DNA of 64,000 nucleotides, taken from NCBI GenBank assembly GCA_030704615.1, contig CM060732.1, positions 42,222,001 to 42,286,000 on the forward strand, read 5' to 3'. The stretch is from Takakia lepidozioides. Taxonomy: Eukaryota > Plantae > Bryophyta. A program made the translations under genes and the position numbers. This document shows positions 21,258-33,900 of this stretch, piece after piece (position 1 is the first letter of the stretch; each line of letters begins with the position of its first letter). The notes under the pieces were generated by a model. The model was not told the origin of the DNA. It searched no databases and was given only the letters and a program-made list of their open reading frames with translations.

Positions 21258-23947
21258 TGAATCCAAACAGCCAGAGGGACAAGATGCCCCTAAGTGTACA
21301 GAACCTGAACGTCCTGAATCTGAAGGATTTGGTACTCAAGAGTTTACACAAGACGAGCAAAATCTACACATGGGGTAACTGTCCCCCCTTTGCAGAACGG
21401 TTGGGCGTCCAGGAGCAATCCCAAGCTACCTAGACGACAAACAATTCACATGCAAAGGGCTGGCTTGCGGCTGACCACTTTCAACTTCTCAGGGCTTACT
21501 AACCAAAAAAAACAACTCGAAGTGGGACAAGTCCTTCGGACTAATGATATTCATATCTGTGCTGGGCAAGAAACATGGGAAACTTCGGATAAACTGGTTG
21601 GAGATGTCGATGGTTATAAATGGGCAGGTAGGATGTGTACTCTCAAGGCAGCCTCTGCCAAACGCAGTCAAAAAGGGGTTGGATTCTTTGTCCGTGATTT
21701 CTTGTTTGATAATTGTGAAATTATCAACAAGGGTTTGAGGTACGAACATAGTATCTGGCTAAAACTGAATCTGAAGGGCGGCATGAGTACGAAGGACCTC
21801 TTTGTGGGTTGTGTTTACATGCCCACAGAGGGGACCCTTAGTGCTGACGCAGACAAAGCCTTCGAAGATGTAAAGCTGGACTGTGCTTCGTTCCTTGCCA
21901 AAGGTCAGGTAGTGCTATTGGGTGACTTCAATGCCCGGGTGGGCAAAGGGCTCCATCAGGACGATATCATTGGGCCTTTTGGTGAGGACGAGCCCTCTAT
22001 AAAGAGTGCTGCAATTTGAAAACCAACAGAGAATTGTGGGCGAGGTACTATCAGCTCCGGAAAGATATCAATCAGCTTGTTAGGTCTCAGAAGAAATTAT
22101 ACTGGGATAAGTTATACAGTGAAATAAACTCAAACCACCATGGTGGTAATGACAAGAAATTGGCCCTTCAACGTTTGTACAAGCCTAAAAACGGTCAGCA
22201 AGTACAAGCGCTGAAGACTACTAAAGGTGCAATGGTGACTTCATCGGTTGACATTGTCAAAACCTTTGAAAATCACTACAGTATCCTTGGCAGAACTTCT
22301 AGGTCTAACAGTGAGGGGTCTTCTGCTGAATGGAGGGACACAGTTGGAAAAATTGTTCCTATGATTCAAAACAACCCTGATGAACTGGAGTATACTTCAA
22401 TGGCTTATAACGCTCCCATTAGTTCTTCTGAGATTGTGGAAGCAATTGAACATTTAAATGGATATAAAGCTGGTGGACCTGATGGTATTGTCAACGAGCT
22501 TATCAAGCACGGTGGCGATCCCATGATAGAGGCCCTAGTTCTCCTCTTTAACCTTATCTGGAAGACTGAAATGATCCCCTTTCGCTGGCGACAGGGGGTC
22601 ATTGTCAGTCTATACAAGAAGGGTGACAGAGAAGAACCGGGGAACTACCGTGGCATCACACTCAGGAGTTGATTAATTGCGCGAAGAGATACTTTGATCT
22701 TTGGGGGCTAGAGGCTAATGTCAGCAAATGTGCAGTGGTAGCATTCAACGACAGAGGAGATGGAGGAAGTGATCTTAAGTGGCAGTGGGGTAGCCAAGAG
22801 ATCCCGGTCCTCCCTTCCTACACTTACCTGGGCGTTGAGTTTTCCTCCAATTGTAATTGGGATGCACATATCCGGAAAGTTGTTCGAACTGGCAAGGGCA
22901 AAGCTCTGGGGCTCACTAAATTTTTCCACTGCAGAGGGGTCATCTCTGAGGTTAAGAAAACCATGCTTTGTCGCGTTATTAGACCTGCCTTGGAGTACGG
23001 ATCTGCTATATGGGTTGATAACTCCAACCAGGCTAAGTCTCTAGAATCCATTCAAGTGGGGGTGCTTAAGGAGTGTATGTCAGCATGCTCCAAAACAGCC
23101 AATGTGGCTGTTCGGGGAGTTTGGCATTCCATCCTTAAGCTCCCGACGAGATGAATTCAAGGTCAGATGGTGGGGTCAGCTGCAACATATGCCCAACACC
23201 AGATATCCTAAGTTGATTGACTCTATATCTTGGAAACAGGACCGCCCTGTCAAACATGCTAAGTCCTGGCAGAAGAGAGTAGAAAAGATTCTCAAGGACC
23301 TGGACCTGGATCCGCAAGTCTTGACCCTGCTGGATAAATCTGCCTTAGAGGCTGTAGTGTCTGAAGCCATGTCTGTTGCCATGAGATTGTCTGATGAAAA
23401 TGAAGTTAGGCAGAGAACTTCCCTGAACTTGTTTCCAGTCAGTGACATGGGGGTGGACATCTTGGATGACCTCAAGGGTCTACCCACTCTCGGCACTAGA
23501 CTGAAATTTAAACTCAGGGCAGGAAGCCTACCTTTGAACAGCAAACAGAAGCAGAGAGGAAAGGGAGAGTGCAATTGTCCGTTGTGTGGGCAATCTGAAG
23601 ACAGTATTCATTTTCTGATACGTTGTCCGGGTTTTCTCACCAAAGAGAGGCTCTCTTCAATTCTATCAAGGGAATTGTGCCTGTACCCCTGTTTACCAAC
23701 TTTGAAAGTCTCGAGGCTGAGCCAAAAGCCCAGGCCCTCCTGAGGCCTAGTTTTTGGGCAAATCACACACAGCAGATTGATGCTTGTGTGAAGGGTTTTC
23801 TAGAGGATATCTGGAAAACCCGGATTAATTCCTTATACGATGGTAAGTCTTACTACCAACGTCAGCCCTGTTCCTTTTGTTCCCACTGAAACTGGGCGCG
23901 GGGTCAATGGCCACAAGGCTACGGCAAACAACGTCTTATGAGTACAA
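21258..23947 (+). mobile_element. 5'-truncated APE-type LINE with internal deletions, nested in the DNA transposon
   Basis: EN motifs (QETW, VYMP, LLGDFNARVG), RT start (GPDGI, PGNYRGITL), C-terminal CPLC..ED..HFL..CP and 3' end ATGAGTACA. TSD TCTCATCCTTAT at 21246-21257 and 23948-23959. Confidence 0.92.
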
Positions 23948-24369
23948 TCTCATCCTTATCATCCCTCGCCTTTTGGAAAATTCCAGCCATAATTGAAGGG
24001 CAATTGGTTGTTGTACTTAACTGCACGAATGTTCCCCTTTCTGTTGGAATGAGCCGCACGTCCTTTCCATGCTGACATACCCTTTCTTCTTCCTGCAGGA
24101 TCCTTTGCCCAGCCCTGTTATTTCTATCATTTGTGCCATCCTCTTGGCGTTTCCACAGCCTCCCCTCATTGCCAGTGAAGTGTTTCTTTCTCTTCCCTTT
24201 GTCTTTAAAGACACTCCAACTGTTAGCTGCAGTACCCTTCGCTGATTTCTTATTGCCCTTGACCTCATGTATGTTTTCAATCATGTTTGAAGGGTGATCA
24301 CTTGCTGCCATATGCATGACTGTGTCCTTGACTGCTTCTCTTGTCTCAGTATGATGTTTAATTGTTGTC

Positions 24370-24924
24370 ATGTCAGGCTGTGCTCAGCTGCACCGTGGTG
24401 TCTTCAAATGCCAACTCAATGGCAACCCTACTCTATCCAAAGATAGATTGACACGAGTAAGAAGTGCATCGATGTTGTTTTGCCGAGAAAACAAACCAAC
24501 TACCAGCAACAAAGCCACGAGCTTGGGATTGGGTTCGGATTGTGCTGTATTTTTTGTTGATGGGGAGACTGCGATCCAAACTACAAACAGGAAAGGTAGA
24601 CCAGGGAAAACCTGCAGAGGAGCAACCAAAGGCACTTGGTATTTGGGCAGGGTTCAAAGAATGCGGAAGAAAATCAATAAGCGGTTTGTAGAATGTAGGG
24701 ATTCTGTTGATTTATTGGAGCGTCCTTCTCATATGGAGATTGGGTTAGCATGGTACCAAAAAATTCGAGGAGGGGTCTATACGTACGATTTAACGGATAA
24801 CATGATGGTTGATTTGGATTCCATTATCGCGTTAGCATGTTTAAAGTACAATGTCAAGTCAAACACATATGTTCTTGATGCAAATGACCGAAAAGTCTTT
24901 GACAACTTTATCAAAGGCAAATAA
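24370..24924 (+). CDS. Uninterrupted 184-aa ORF of unknown function, probably the C-terminus of the element's own protein
   Basis: Open frame ending ~300 bp before the right TIR, protein-like composition (QLNGNPTLSKDRLTRV...SDCAVFF...WYLGRVQRMRKK...WYQK); no DDE motif visible. Confidence 0.5.
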   Translation: MSGCAQLHRGVFKCQLNGNPTLSKDRLTRVRSASMLFCRENKPTTSNKATSLGLGSDCAVFFVDGETAIQTTNRKGRPGKTCRGATKGTWYLGRVQRMRKKINKRFVECRDSVDLLERPSHMEIGLAWYQKIRGGVYTYDLTDNMMVDLDSIIALACLKYNVKSNTYVLDANDRKVFDNFIKGK

Positions 24925-25629
24925 TTTTTTTAATTAATTTGTTAGATTTTATTATGTTTTAAATGAATAAATTCGATATAATATAAAAACATACATATAC
25001 ATATTGGAGGGTTATTTTTAATGATGAAAAATGAGAATATACATACAGAAGGGGGTACTTTTCGAAAATTGTAAATTTTTGTATATTTACAGGAGGGGAT
25101 TTTATAATCTTCAAAAAGTATGTACATAGGGGGTATAAATTATCCAAGGACCCGTATACAGGGGGTTTTTTTATTAGGCGACGAACGCACGTGATACGCA
25201 CAATTTATAAAGAGTGCACCCCCCGGGGGTTTGAGGCCGCCCCAATTTGCTGTCCACTCTCGCCTGTGATTGCCCATGTTCGTTGTGGTAGCTGGGTGAT
25301 ATTGCAGAGGCCAGTGGTCTCCGCTCTGATGCTTGGGTATCTCCATGCTTCTCCCTAGAGGCAGAAGAACCTGAGATTCATAACAGTGTTACAAGAGCCA
25401 AGATCTTGGCTTCCCAGAAAAAATAATTAAGTTGAGCTGAGGTAATCTTCGAAGTTTTCACAGAACGCGATCAAGGCCTCTTCACACACCTCATCTTAAC
25501 CTAGTCATTTGTGTGACAGTGTAGTTTTCATAATACTTTAGTACCTAAAATTGCAATGGTAGAAAAACAATTAATCATGTTGCATGAGATCCACACACTG
25601 TTGAGATTATAAGCAAAATATCGATCATT

Positions 25630-26400
25630 TCTCTTCGTGTTGCATTGCAGATCCAATGTTTTTCAACCAATCACCAATGCTTAGCAATGCGGCAATGTAT
25701 CCAGCTTTGGTGACCAATATTTTTCCTCTTTCTAACTATAGAGTTTCTTCGTGGCGTTTGTTCTCTTGAATTTGAGCATCCATCATGGCGGCGACCACTA
25801 AATCTCTCAGTTGGCTTGGAGAACCATGGTCAAACCTTATGCTGATTTAGGAGAGAGCCGTCGACGTTTAGCAGTGGATGACGAAGTCTCAGTCAACTCC
25901 TCAGAGGATGAATTAGACGCACTACCTAATGAACACGACATTGTTTACAAATTTGTCATCAACCAAAATTCCTACGTATACTATGCGCACTGATTAGCAC
26001 TTGCAAGGAAGCCAAAAACCATGAATTCTCAAAGTAGGGGTGATATTACCTCTTGGTCTGTCTATGGCAGAAGTGTCGATTGTTTTTACAGCCTTGGAGG
26101 TCTTCACATATGATAAATCATCAAAGACTTTTAGGTTTAGACTTTTGGGCATCTTGGCATCTTTTCTTTCCTAGGGGGTCATTTGGTAGTAGGATTTCCT
26201 CCCACTATGGATCTTCTTTTCATAGTCCCAGACCTTACGGAAGTCTGAAGATGCCCCTTCCCATTTGTCTTGGCATTGTTGGGCACTTCTCAGAACACCT
26301 TGTTGAAAACATGCATTTTCAACCATCTGCCACCTGTAAGTAGCAGGTTGATGCAAGGTTTTGGAGCCTGATTGAGTGCCATGTCTCGTCTCGATTTGTA
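25630..26400 (-). pseudogene. Trihelix/Myb-SANT (GT-like or PIF/Harbinger accessory) relic
   Basis: RWQMVENACFQQGVLRSAQQCQDKWE...DFRKVWDYEK..SGRKSYYQMT (26171-26356) plus a C-terminal GYIAALLSIGDWLKNIG; frameshifted. Confidence 0.7.
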
Positions 26401-26932
26401 GCTAGCAAAACCATCATCTCAGTAGGCAACATGTCGCTTTCTTCTAAACCCTTTTTGGAATGCATTCCTGTTCAGCTCCAAATGCGGTGGTGTCATCATT
26501 TGAACCATTTTCCACTGCTGATGTTCCATTTGTTTCCACTATTGGTGTTTTATATAGTGCATCGGAGTCTAAAGTCTTTATTCAGCATAGCCATCATATT
26601 CACTCTTCGCTGTTCAAACAATATGGTCGTCAGAGTATAGCCGGTGAAAGTAAAAAATCGGGACCCAATCTCCCAACTTTCAACTTTTCGCGGAGAGTTA
26701 GGATATGGCACCCGAGATAGGGTTTGGGTCCGGGTTTGCACATAGAAGTGTCTAGCGGACGTTCAGAAATACCTACTCTCCTCTTTGTTAAAACGCCTCT
26801 GTAATTGTTACATTCAATATACACCTCTAAACTAATTGGAGTGATCCATTCTGGCCACTAACAAATCACCTCCTTGAATAACAGCCCCTAAAGTTGGTGA
26901 CACACACTCACTTAACACTCAGTTAGTAAGGC

Positions 26933-27837
26933 CAGTGTTGGTATGGTCTTTTGAATTGGAAATACTAGAAGGTCCTGGTGTGCATTGCTATGTTATTTTA
27001 AGGCAGGTAGGTTTTCCAATAATGCAGCCCTTGAATTTCAAGGACGAATCTGGTATGCCTAGGTGGTTTTCCAAAAAAATCAATCTGGATATGAGCAATG
27101 GTATCTGAATGTCAATAATCTGGAAATATGAACTCGGATATGGTTTTAATAAAATAATAATAAAATAAAAATGGTACTAGTATTCAAATTCAAATTAAAT
27201 ATTGAAATGGCCATTTGAATAGCCCAAATGACCCATCCAATATGGCCATTTGAATAGTCCAAATGACCCATTTGATTGAAATATTTTCTACCCTCTCTCT
27301 AAATGTTATCTTGCATATGAAACCTGTTTTAATGTTAAATTTGTAATTGTTACGTCATGAAATTTCAACTTGTTTTACTGTTATTTGATATAACTGCCTA
27401 ATTGTTATAGAATCCATATGCTTGGAGCATAACAATTATCCAGGTTTGACTGTATAAGGGCAAGGGCAAGGTCTTGAAATGAAGCAGCCTAGAAAAGGGC
27501 ACTAGTAGCTCCATAGTGCTATTTATTGCTTTGGGATGTGAGTACAATATAATGAGCAAGTGAATGAAGGCCCTTGGGCACAAGAATATAGTGACGGTCA
27601 ACAAGCCTATGACCCAGATTCCATTTACCTGCCATGAAAAACAATATCTGCCATAAGGGTCGGGTAAATGCTGGTGTTTTTACCCTTCATCCAGGTCCGG
27701 AGCAAACACAAAATATACCCTTGATAGCGGTCCCGGTCTGGTTAAGCAAAACCTGCAGATACAGGTATATATGGGTAACTTTACCCGGATATACCCAGCG
27801 GCCATATCAGGGTAAATCGTATCCCCGCTCAACACTG
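26933..27837. mobile_element. Possible degenerate hAT-type MITE
   Basis: CAGTGTTG ... CAACACTG termini, GGATA/TACCC subterminal motifs, internal tandem repeat at ~27207-27271; TSD not conserved. Confidence 0.4.
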
Positions 27838-27993
27838 GTGTAGACTGATGCCAGAGGGACAAAATACTGGGGTGATGATGTGGCTGGCAGCGATCGAGAT
27901 CACTGAGTTCGAATCCAATGTTTAAAAGGGAACCAAACCCACGGATCGAGAAGACATCTTGATAAACATCTTGTTGCACTTTGTGATAAACAC

Positions 27994-30900
27994 TTACAAA
28001 ATCAGCTTGGCTTGATCCTGCAGTGCTTTCAAAGCAGACAGGGAGTCCTGCAAGCTCTCATGTCTCAATGCATCACTAATTGATGACAAAATCTTCACCA
28101 CTTCGGAAGTGCTATGCCTACAATCTCTTTCACCTCCTGCATCTAACCTATCCAGAACATGCATATCACTATTACAGGCTAATCTACCGCTTGGCGACTC
28201 TGGGCTCGGAGCACCCTCTTGGCTGACTGGTCCTCGTTCTGTGCAATCCATCCCAGTGTCTGTGTCCTGCGTCTCCTTGCATGGAGAGATTTTCTCTGAC
28301 GACATGCTGAGGCTTCTCGCCACTATCTGTGCATTACCTCGAACACCTACTTCCTTCTCCAGTTTGGCAGCCAAGGTCGCTGCTTGGAGCACACATGCTT
28401 CAGGGATCTGACAGTGCGTCACTACAATATTAGCCAACAGTGACATGACCAACTACTCCAGAGAAAACAGGGACCGTAAATATCTGTTCTTGACCATTTG
28501 GGAGTTCCCACTTTAAGTTCCAGACCTCTGTATAAATTATGCATTTGCTGCACATAGGAGGACAGCCTAATTCTTCTTGCAGGTATGAGTGTCCACTCCA
28601 AAATTAAGTCTACAGAATCTCCATTTTGTCACCTTTACAGTACTTATCTCTTTAAGCTTACCATATACAATGCAAGCATGGTCTCACATGCACTCTGATG
28701 TAGTGATTTGTATCAAGAAGGGTATTCCCACTCCTAGACTTTTATTGTCATATTCTCGGGCAGGACAAACCTCCCTTGTTAATGTACTCATAAGACGTTG
28801 TTTCGCGTAGCCTTGTGGCCACTGACCCCGCGTCCAGTTTGAGCGGAACAGAAAACTACCTTTGTCGGGGGCTGATGCCAGTAGTATGACTTACCTTGGA
28901 ACAGACAATATTGATCCGAGTTTTCCAGATATCCTCTAGAAATCCCTTTACACAAGCATCAATCTGCTGTGTGTGATTTGCCCAATAACTAGGCCCCAAA
29001 AGGGCCTGGGCTTTTGGCTCAGCCTGGAGATTTTCAAAGTTGGTAAACAGAGGTACAGGCACAAATCCCTTGATGGATTTGAAGAGGGCGTCTCTGGTGA
29101 GAGTACCCAGGACAATGAATCAGAAAATGAATTTTGTCTTCAGGTTGCCCACACAGCGGGGCATTTGTTATCCCCCTTTCCTCTCTGCATCTGTTTGCGT
29201 TCAAAGGTCGGCTCCCTTGTTAGGTAACCAAGGTAACCTCCCTCGTTAATGACAGTATTAATCACTCAACCCTGCATCGAGATTGCCATTGGTTGCTTAA
29301 CGCCCCATTAGCCAGCACTGGAGGGGTACCTTTGCAAGGCTGAGGTATCAGAAATGCTCAGCTGAAGAAAATGCAAACTACACTCACTTCCTCCAAGCTC
29401 CCTCATACCAGTTGCCATGTGCTGATAACCAACCTGAGCAAGACGGGCGACATGCAGCCCAAAACTTCGGCTTGCCACTCCTGCCACCAGCTTGTACAAA
29501 AAAGTGATATTCTGTTTTGTCTCCTTCATAAATTCTGGCTCAGGTCCTTCTAGCCTGCTTAAGGTTTCCTCAGCCTTGACATGTTGGTGCTCTCCTAGGG
29601 GGCTTAAACTGCTGGATGCATTCTTCCCGGCAATCACATGGGCCAAAGGCTCTTCAGCCAAATAGGACACATAACAGGGACCAACCTGCGTGGGGAACTC
29701 CCCCTTCAGCTCCACTATCTCGGGGTAATGTGTGACAAACAGAGTAAGACACCTGACAAAATTAATCACCCACTGGTTAGTAGATGTGATTGCATTTTAA
29801 GCGAGTATGTATGCGCAGAATAGTATACAAAGTCAGTGGAGCCATCAGGCACACATCCAAATATAACAGTTATACCGTACATAGCTCGTAATATCCTATC
29901 CGATCTGCCCTGTGGTTTGACGAAAGCTGGTGTCATCCTGGTGGGCTACAATCAATTGGCATTAACCATGAACTGGAAATTTTTTAGCCACATGATGACA
30001 GCAAAGTTGGGAATCTAATACCTTGTAATCCCATCAGACTACCAGATATCCAGTCCCTACCTGTAAAAGTAGATTTCCTTCCCATTTCGTGACAACGCAC
30101 TCCATAATCTCAACTAATGGGGCTTATTAAACTAGTATCAGAACATGCAAACTTCCGGTGACACAATCTGCCAGAACAAGTTGCATGCTTTCACCCCCCT
30201 AAAAACCCATGATGAAAATGAAAAATGGAACATCCTGTGCACCTGGTCTCCTTCAGCAGGTGTTGTAGGGTGGCATAGGCAATTGCAACACCATCATGAG
30301 TGCTCGTGCCCCTTCCAAGTTCGTCCATTATCACCAGTGACCTAGAGGTTGCCCTCAGCAGAATCATAGATGCCTCACTAAGTTCCTCAAAGAAAGTGCT
30401 GGAGCCATTTTGGATGCTATCGGATGCCCCCATTCGAGTGTAGACTGCATCTAAGACATGGAGCTTTGCGGATAATGCAGGGATGTAGGAGCCAACCTGC
30501 CGGTCAATCCATGGATTCTACATCAGATGTTTCAGGCCACTTGTGGAAACCAGAAGACTCTATGGCTCTTGTACAGTCCATGGCATCCTTTGACTCATCC
30601 ATGCATGCTGCACTCCTTTAATAATATAATTTTGACTCACACACACACGCACTGTAAGATGGCAACCAAGCATGCTTTGAAGCTGGGTAGATGATCCAGG
30701 CTAAGACTAAGAACCTAAACGACCCAACAGGCTAGAGTAACTACCAAAAATCATGGATCTAGAAGCCCAATCTGATCATTTCGACTGTATGTATACCCAG
30801 GGCATACTGACACACAAAACTGGTCAAAGCCGCCTCCATCTGCAGCATCCAAGTCCACTAGTATGGTGTCTCCACCGTCAATTGACACTTCCCAACTCTT

Positions 30901-33900
30901 TGTTTTCAATCACGAACACCAGCTCCGTAGAGGCTGTGTACCCAGGTATAGGCATGCCTCTACCTATGCCTCTACTGAGCATACCTGGGCCATGATGGCA
31001 ATCAACGCCACTTGGCGAATGTAGCAACTCTTTCCACCCATGTTCGGGCCAGTGATAATCTGGCAGATTTGCCCTTGTGCATGCAAAAATGTGTCGTTGG
31101 GTACGAACCCATCTTGGAGAGTTGACTCCAACACCTGGCCAACAATGAAAGCATTCATGCATCAACAAAGGCCCCAAGGTGAATAGAGCCACTAGAACCA
31201 CAATAAACAGTGCACATTGCTATGTGTATGTCATACATTGAGTAAACTGCATTGGAAGGTTTCTGATTAATAACTACTTGATAATGGGGCTCAGGCCACG
31301 GGCAATCTCTTTCAAGTCACTATGACCCAGCCACTGTCAGATGCATTATAGGGAATGCACCACAGTGGTGCATATGTGCCTTCAAAAAACGTTGTCAGGG
31401 ACCTGGTGAGAAGCCCTCCCAACAGTTGAAAAAAGACTTGAGTGTGCTTGCAGCAAATCTGCCTTGTTACATTGTTTGGTTGATCTGTTAGGCCTAGTAC
31501 AACTCATGGTAAATGTGAGGGTGAATGCAAGAATTTCAAAGGATCCTACCGGATGTCGACCAGCTTCAATCATCAGCTGAGAGGGTTCTGATTCTCCAAC
31601 AAACTCTGGTCGTGTGTATCCCTACACATTCCAGTGCACGTAAGTCCAGTCAACCCATGTGCCATACTTGGTATGAATTCACATGCACACCTTCCTATGA
31701 TGACTTGTAGTCACAGAAGTTGCATTACAGCATGAAATTTTTGGAGCATTGATCTTTGAACAGATGCAGGAAGAATATCACCGTAGAATTGCACTTGTCT
31801 CCACTGCCACCTCCTTCAACATCATCAAGCCATCTTCAGAGCTAACCATTCAGTTAGAAAGTGCATCTGTGACTAAGTTACTACCAAATGAGAAGCGAAA
31901 CGCTACCTGATTTCGGGAAACAATGGCGAGTGAATGAAGGCAGTCCAAGGCCGCAAGCGCCTGGACAGCAGCCCGAAAATCAACATAATGGGATGCAAAC
32001 TCGGCTAGAAACACATCCCAGGCCCTCCTGCAAGCAGCATTGAGCTCCTCTTTGGCAAGCGCCAGTGAATCCAACCCTTCTAGCACATCGGGGGGATGAT
32101 AGCGATTCATCTTCTTGGTGGTGTTCACTTTCATCCAGTTGGCTGGCACCCGCTGTGCTACAGGAACCTATTGACAATCATGGGAAACTTTTTGAATCTG
32201 CTAAAGTTCACTGGGAGATGAAAAAAGATTTTGAAAGATGCAATTTGATGGAGTAATAAGGCCTCACCTCCACCAGGTGTGTTGTGCCTGCAACACTCAT
32301 ATAGTCCATATTTGGCAATCGGAGCAGCTTCCGAAGACTTGGAAGAAGATCATCCAGCCGCCTCTCTGCTTCCTTGATGGCTGCCCGGCATCTCGCAACC
32401 TGAGAGGGAGAAGTGAAACTATGTAACTACCAGTCATTGACAACAAGGCAGATTACACTTTTTACCCCCACCATCAGCTGGTGACTTTCAATCTAAATTT
32501 GAGAGACCTAAGAGGTGATCACCAATGCCATACACTGTACCTCAGAGAATCTTCCCCCAGTGCACAGAAAAAGGTTCAATTTGTCTCCAGCAGCTGCCGC
32601 ATCAGTATTGAGTGCTGACAAAAGCTGCTCTGCATGCCCACTCACAGCTGAAGACGAGGCAGTGGCCAGTAGTCGTCCTAAGAGGGGAGACCGTATGCCG
32701 CGTGTACCTTTCTCCACAATCAGTTCCCTATCCACTTCTTGGTGCAGTTGAAGCCGGCTCAACTGCTTGGTTGCATTCACAAGCGCTTGTATGACCGAAA
32801 CAAACTGCATAAGTGTATTGCCAGAGTGAGTAGTATAGATGCTAGTTGCCAAGTACATCCTACTGAACAATACCACAGCAAACAGGTTCAACAGAGAACC
32901 TAAGGCAAATTGACACCCTACGTACAGAAAACAAGCCCATCTACATGTTCTTCTCAAATCCCCAGCTCAAAGTCAACAGGAAACCTCACCTCAGCAGCTG
33001 TGGCAGTCCCAAGAAAGATGCGGGTGATCCCACGTTCCACATCAGGCAACCTTCCGAGTGACATTAGCAGTGATGCCAGCAGACCATGTCGGCCCCCTTT
33101 TCCACCTGCATCAGTGCGGCCGTGAATCAGGGCCCCAACAGCACCACCCCCCCACCCACTGCCTGAAAATGTCCCCTCTTCTTGTGACGCTCCAATGCCC
33201 CCCATCGACTCAGCAATCTCTGCCACTGCGTCTAATCTTGCTGCAATCAGCATGTGATCTTGCAGGGGATGAGTCACCTGAGAGCAGGAGGTGCAACAGC
33301 ATTATTATTTTCTCCTTTCAGTAATGTCCTCATAAGACGTTGTTTTTAAGTCTTAATAATGAAATCACAAGAGAGATATATAATGTCTATCCTACAAGCA
33401 TGACATGAGAAGCTACTTACCCAATGGCGAAGCAAGCGGGCACCAAATGCAGTATGTGTATGATCCAAGAGCCATAGCAGCGATCCTTTATCACTCCCAT
33501 TTGCATTATTCTTCAGAATCTGAAGAACGATGTTAGCAGATAGTTAAACAATCTGTTAAATCCCCAGCAGTGAGGGACAAAAAACTGGGACATCAGTTGG
33601 ATGCTACCATGAGGAAAATATAAGTTGATGACAAAATAATTTCTGTAAGAGGTCACCTCAATATCAAGCAACTTTGTGTGCCATGCATTTATGGGGTTGG
33701 ATTACTATCCATTATTGCAGGGGGAGCCATCAGAAACATTTAAGAATAAGACAAGTGGCTGGCCACGCTGGTTGTCTGCCCAGACAAACCTCAACCTATT
33801 AAGCAATACTCTGGAACAAACCTCAAGCTGGCGGAGAGTGTTTGGTGAAAGGCTCATCTCATTCTGCCCAGCAAAAGGACGAAATGAAGCCCCCAAGCAT

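Larger units (their letters stand above)
20547..25227. mobile_element. Unclassified DNA transposon with CCCGGGGGGTGCACTC TIRs and 8-bp TSD (~2.0 kb without the nested LINE)
   Basis: Perfect 16-bp TIRs at 20547-20562 and 25212-25227, TSD GGTTTGAG at 20539-20546 and 25228-25235, and ACAG(G)AGGGGG subterminal repeats near both ends. Confidence 0.9.

Noticed and set aside
20567-21360. Long Lys- or Phe-rich ORFs
   Set aside because: Artefacts of the poly-T and CT-rich low-complexity tract.
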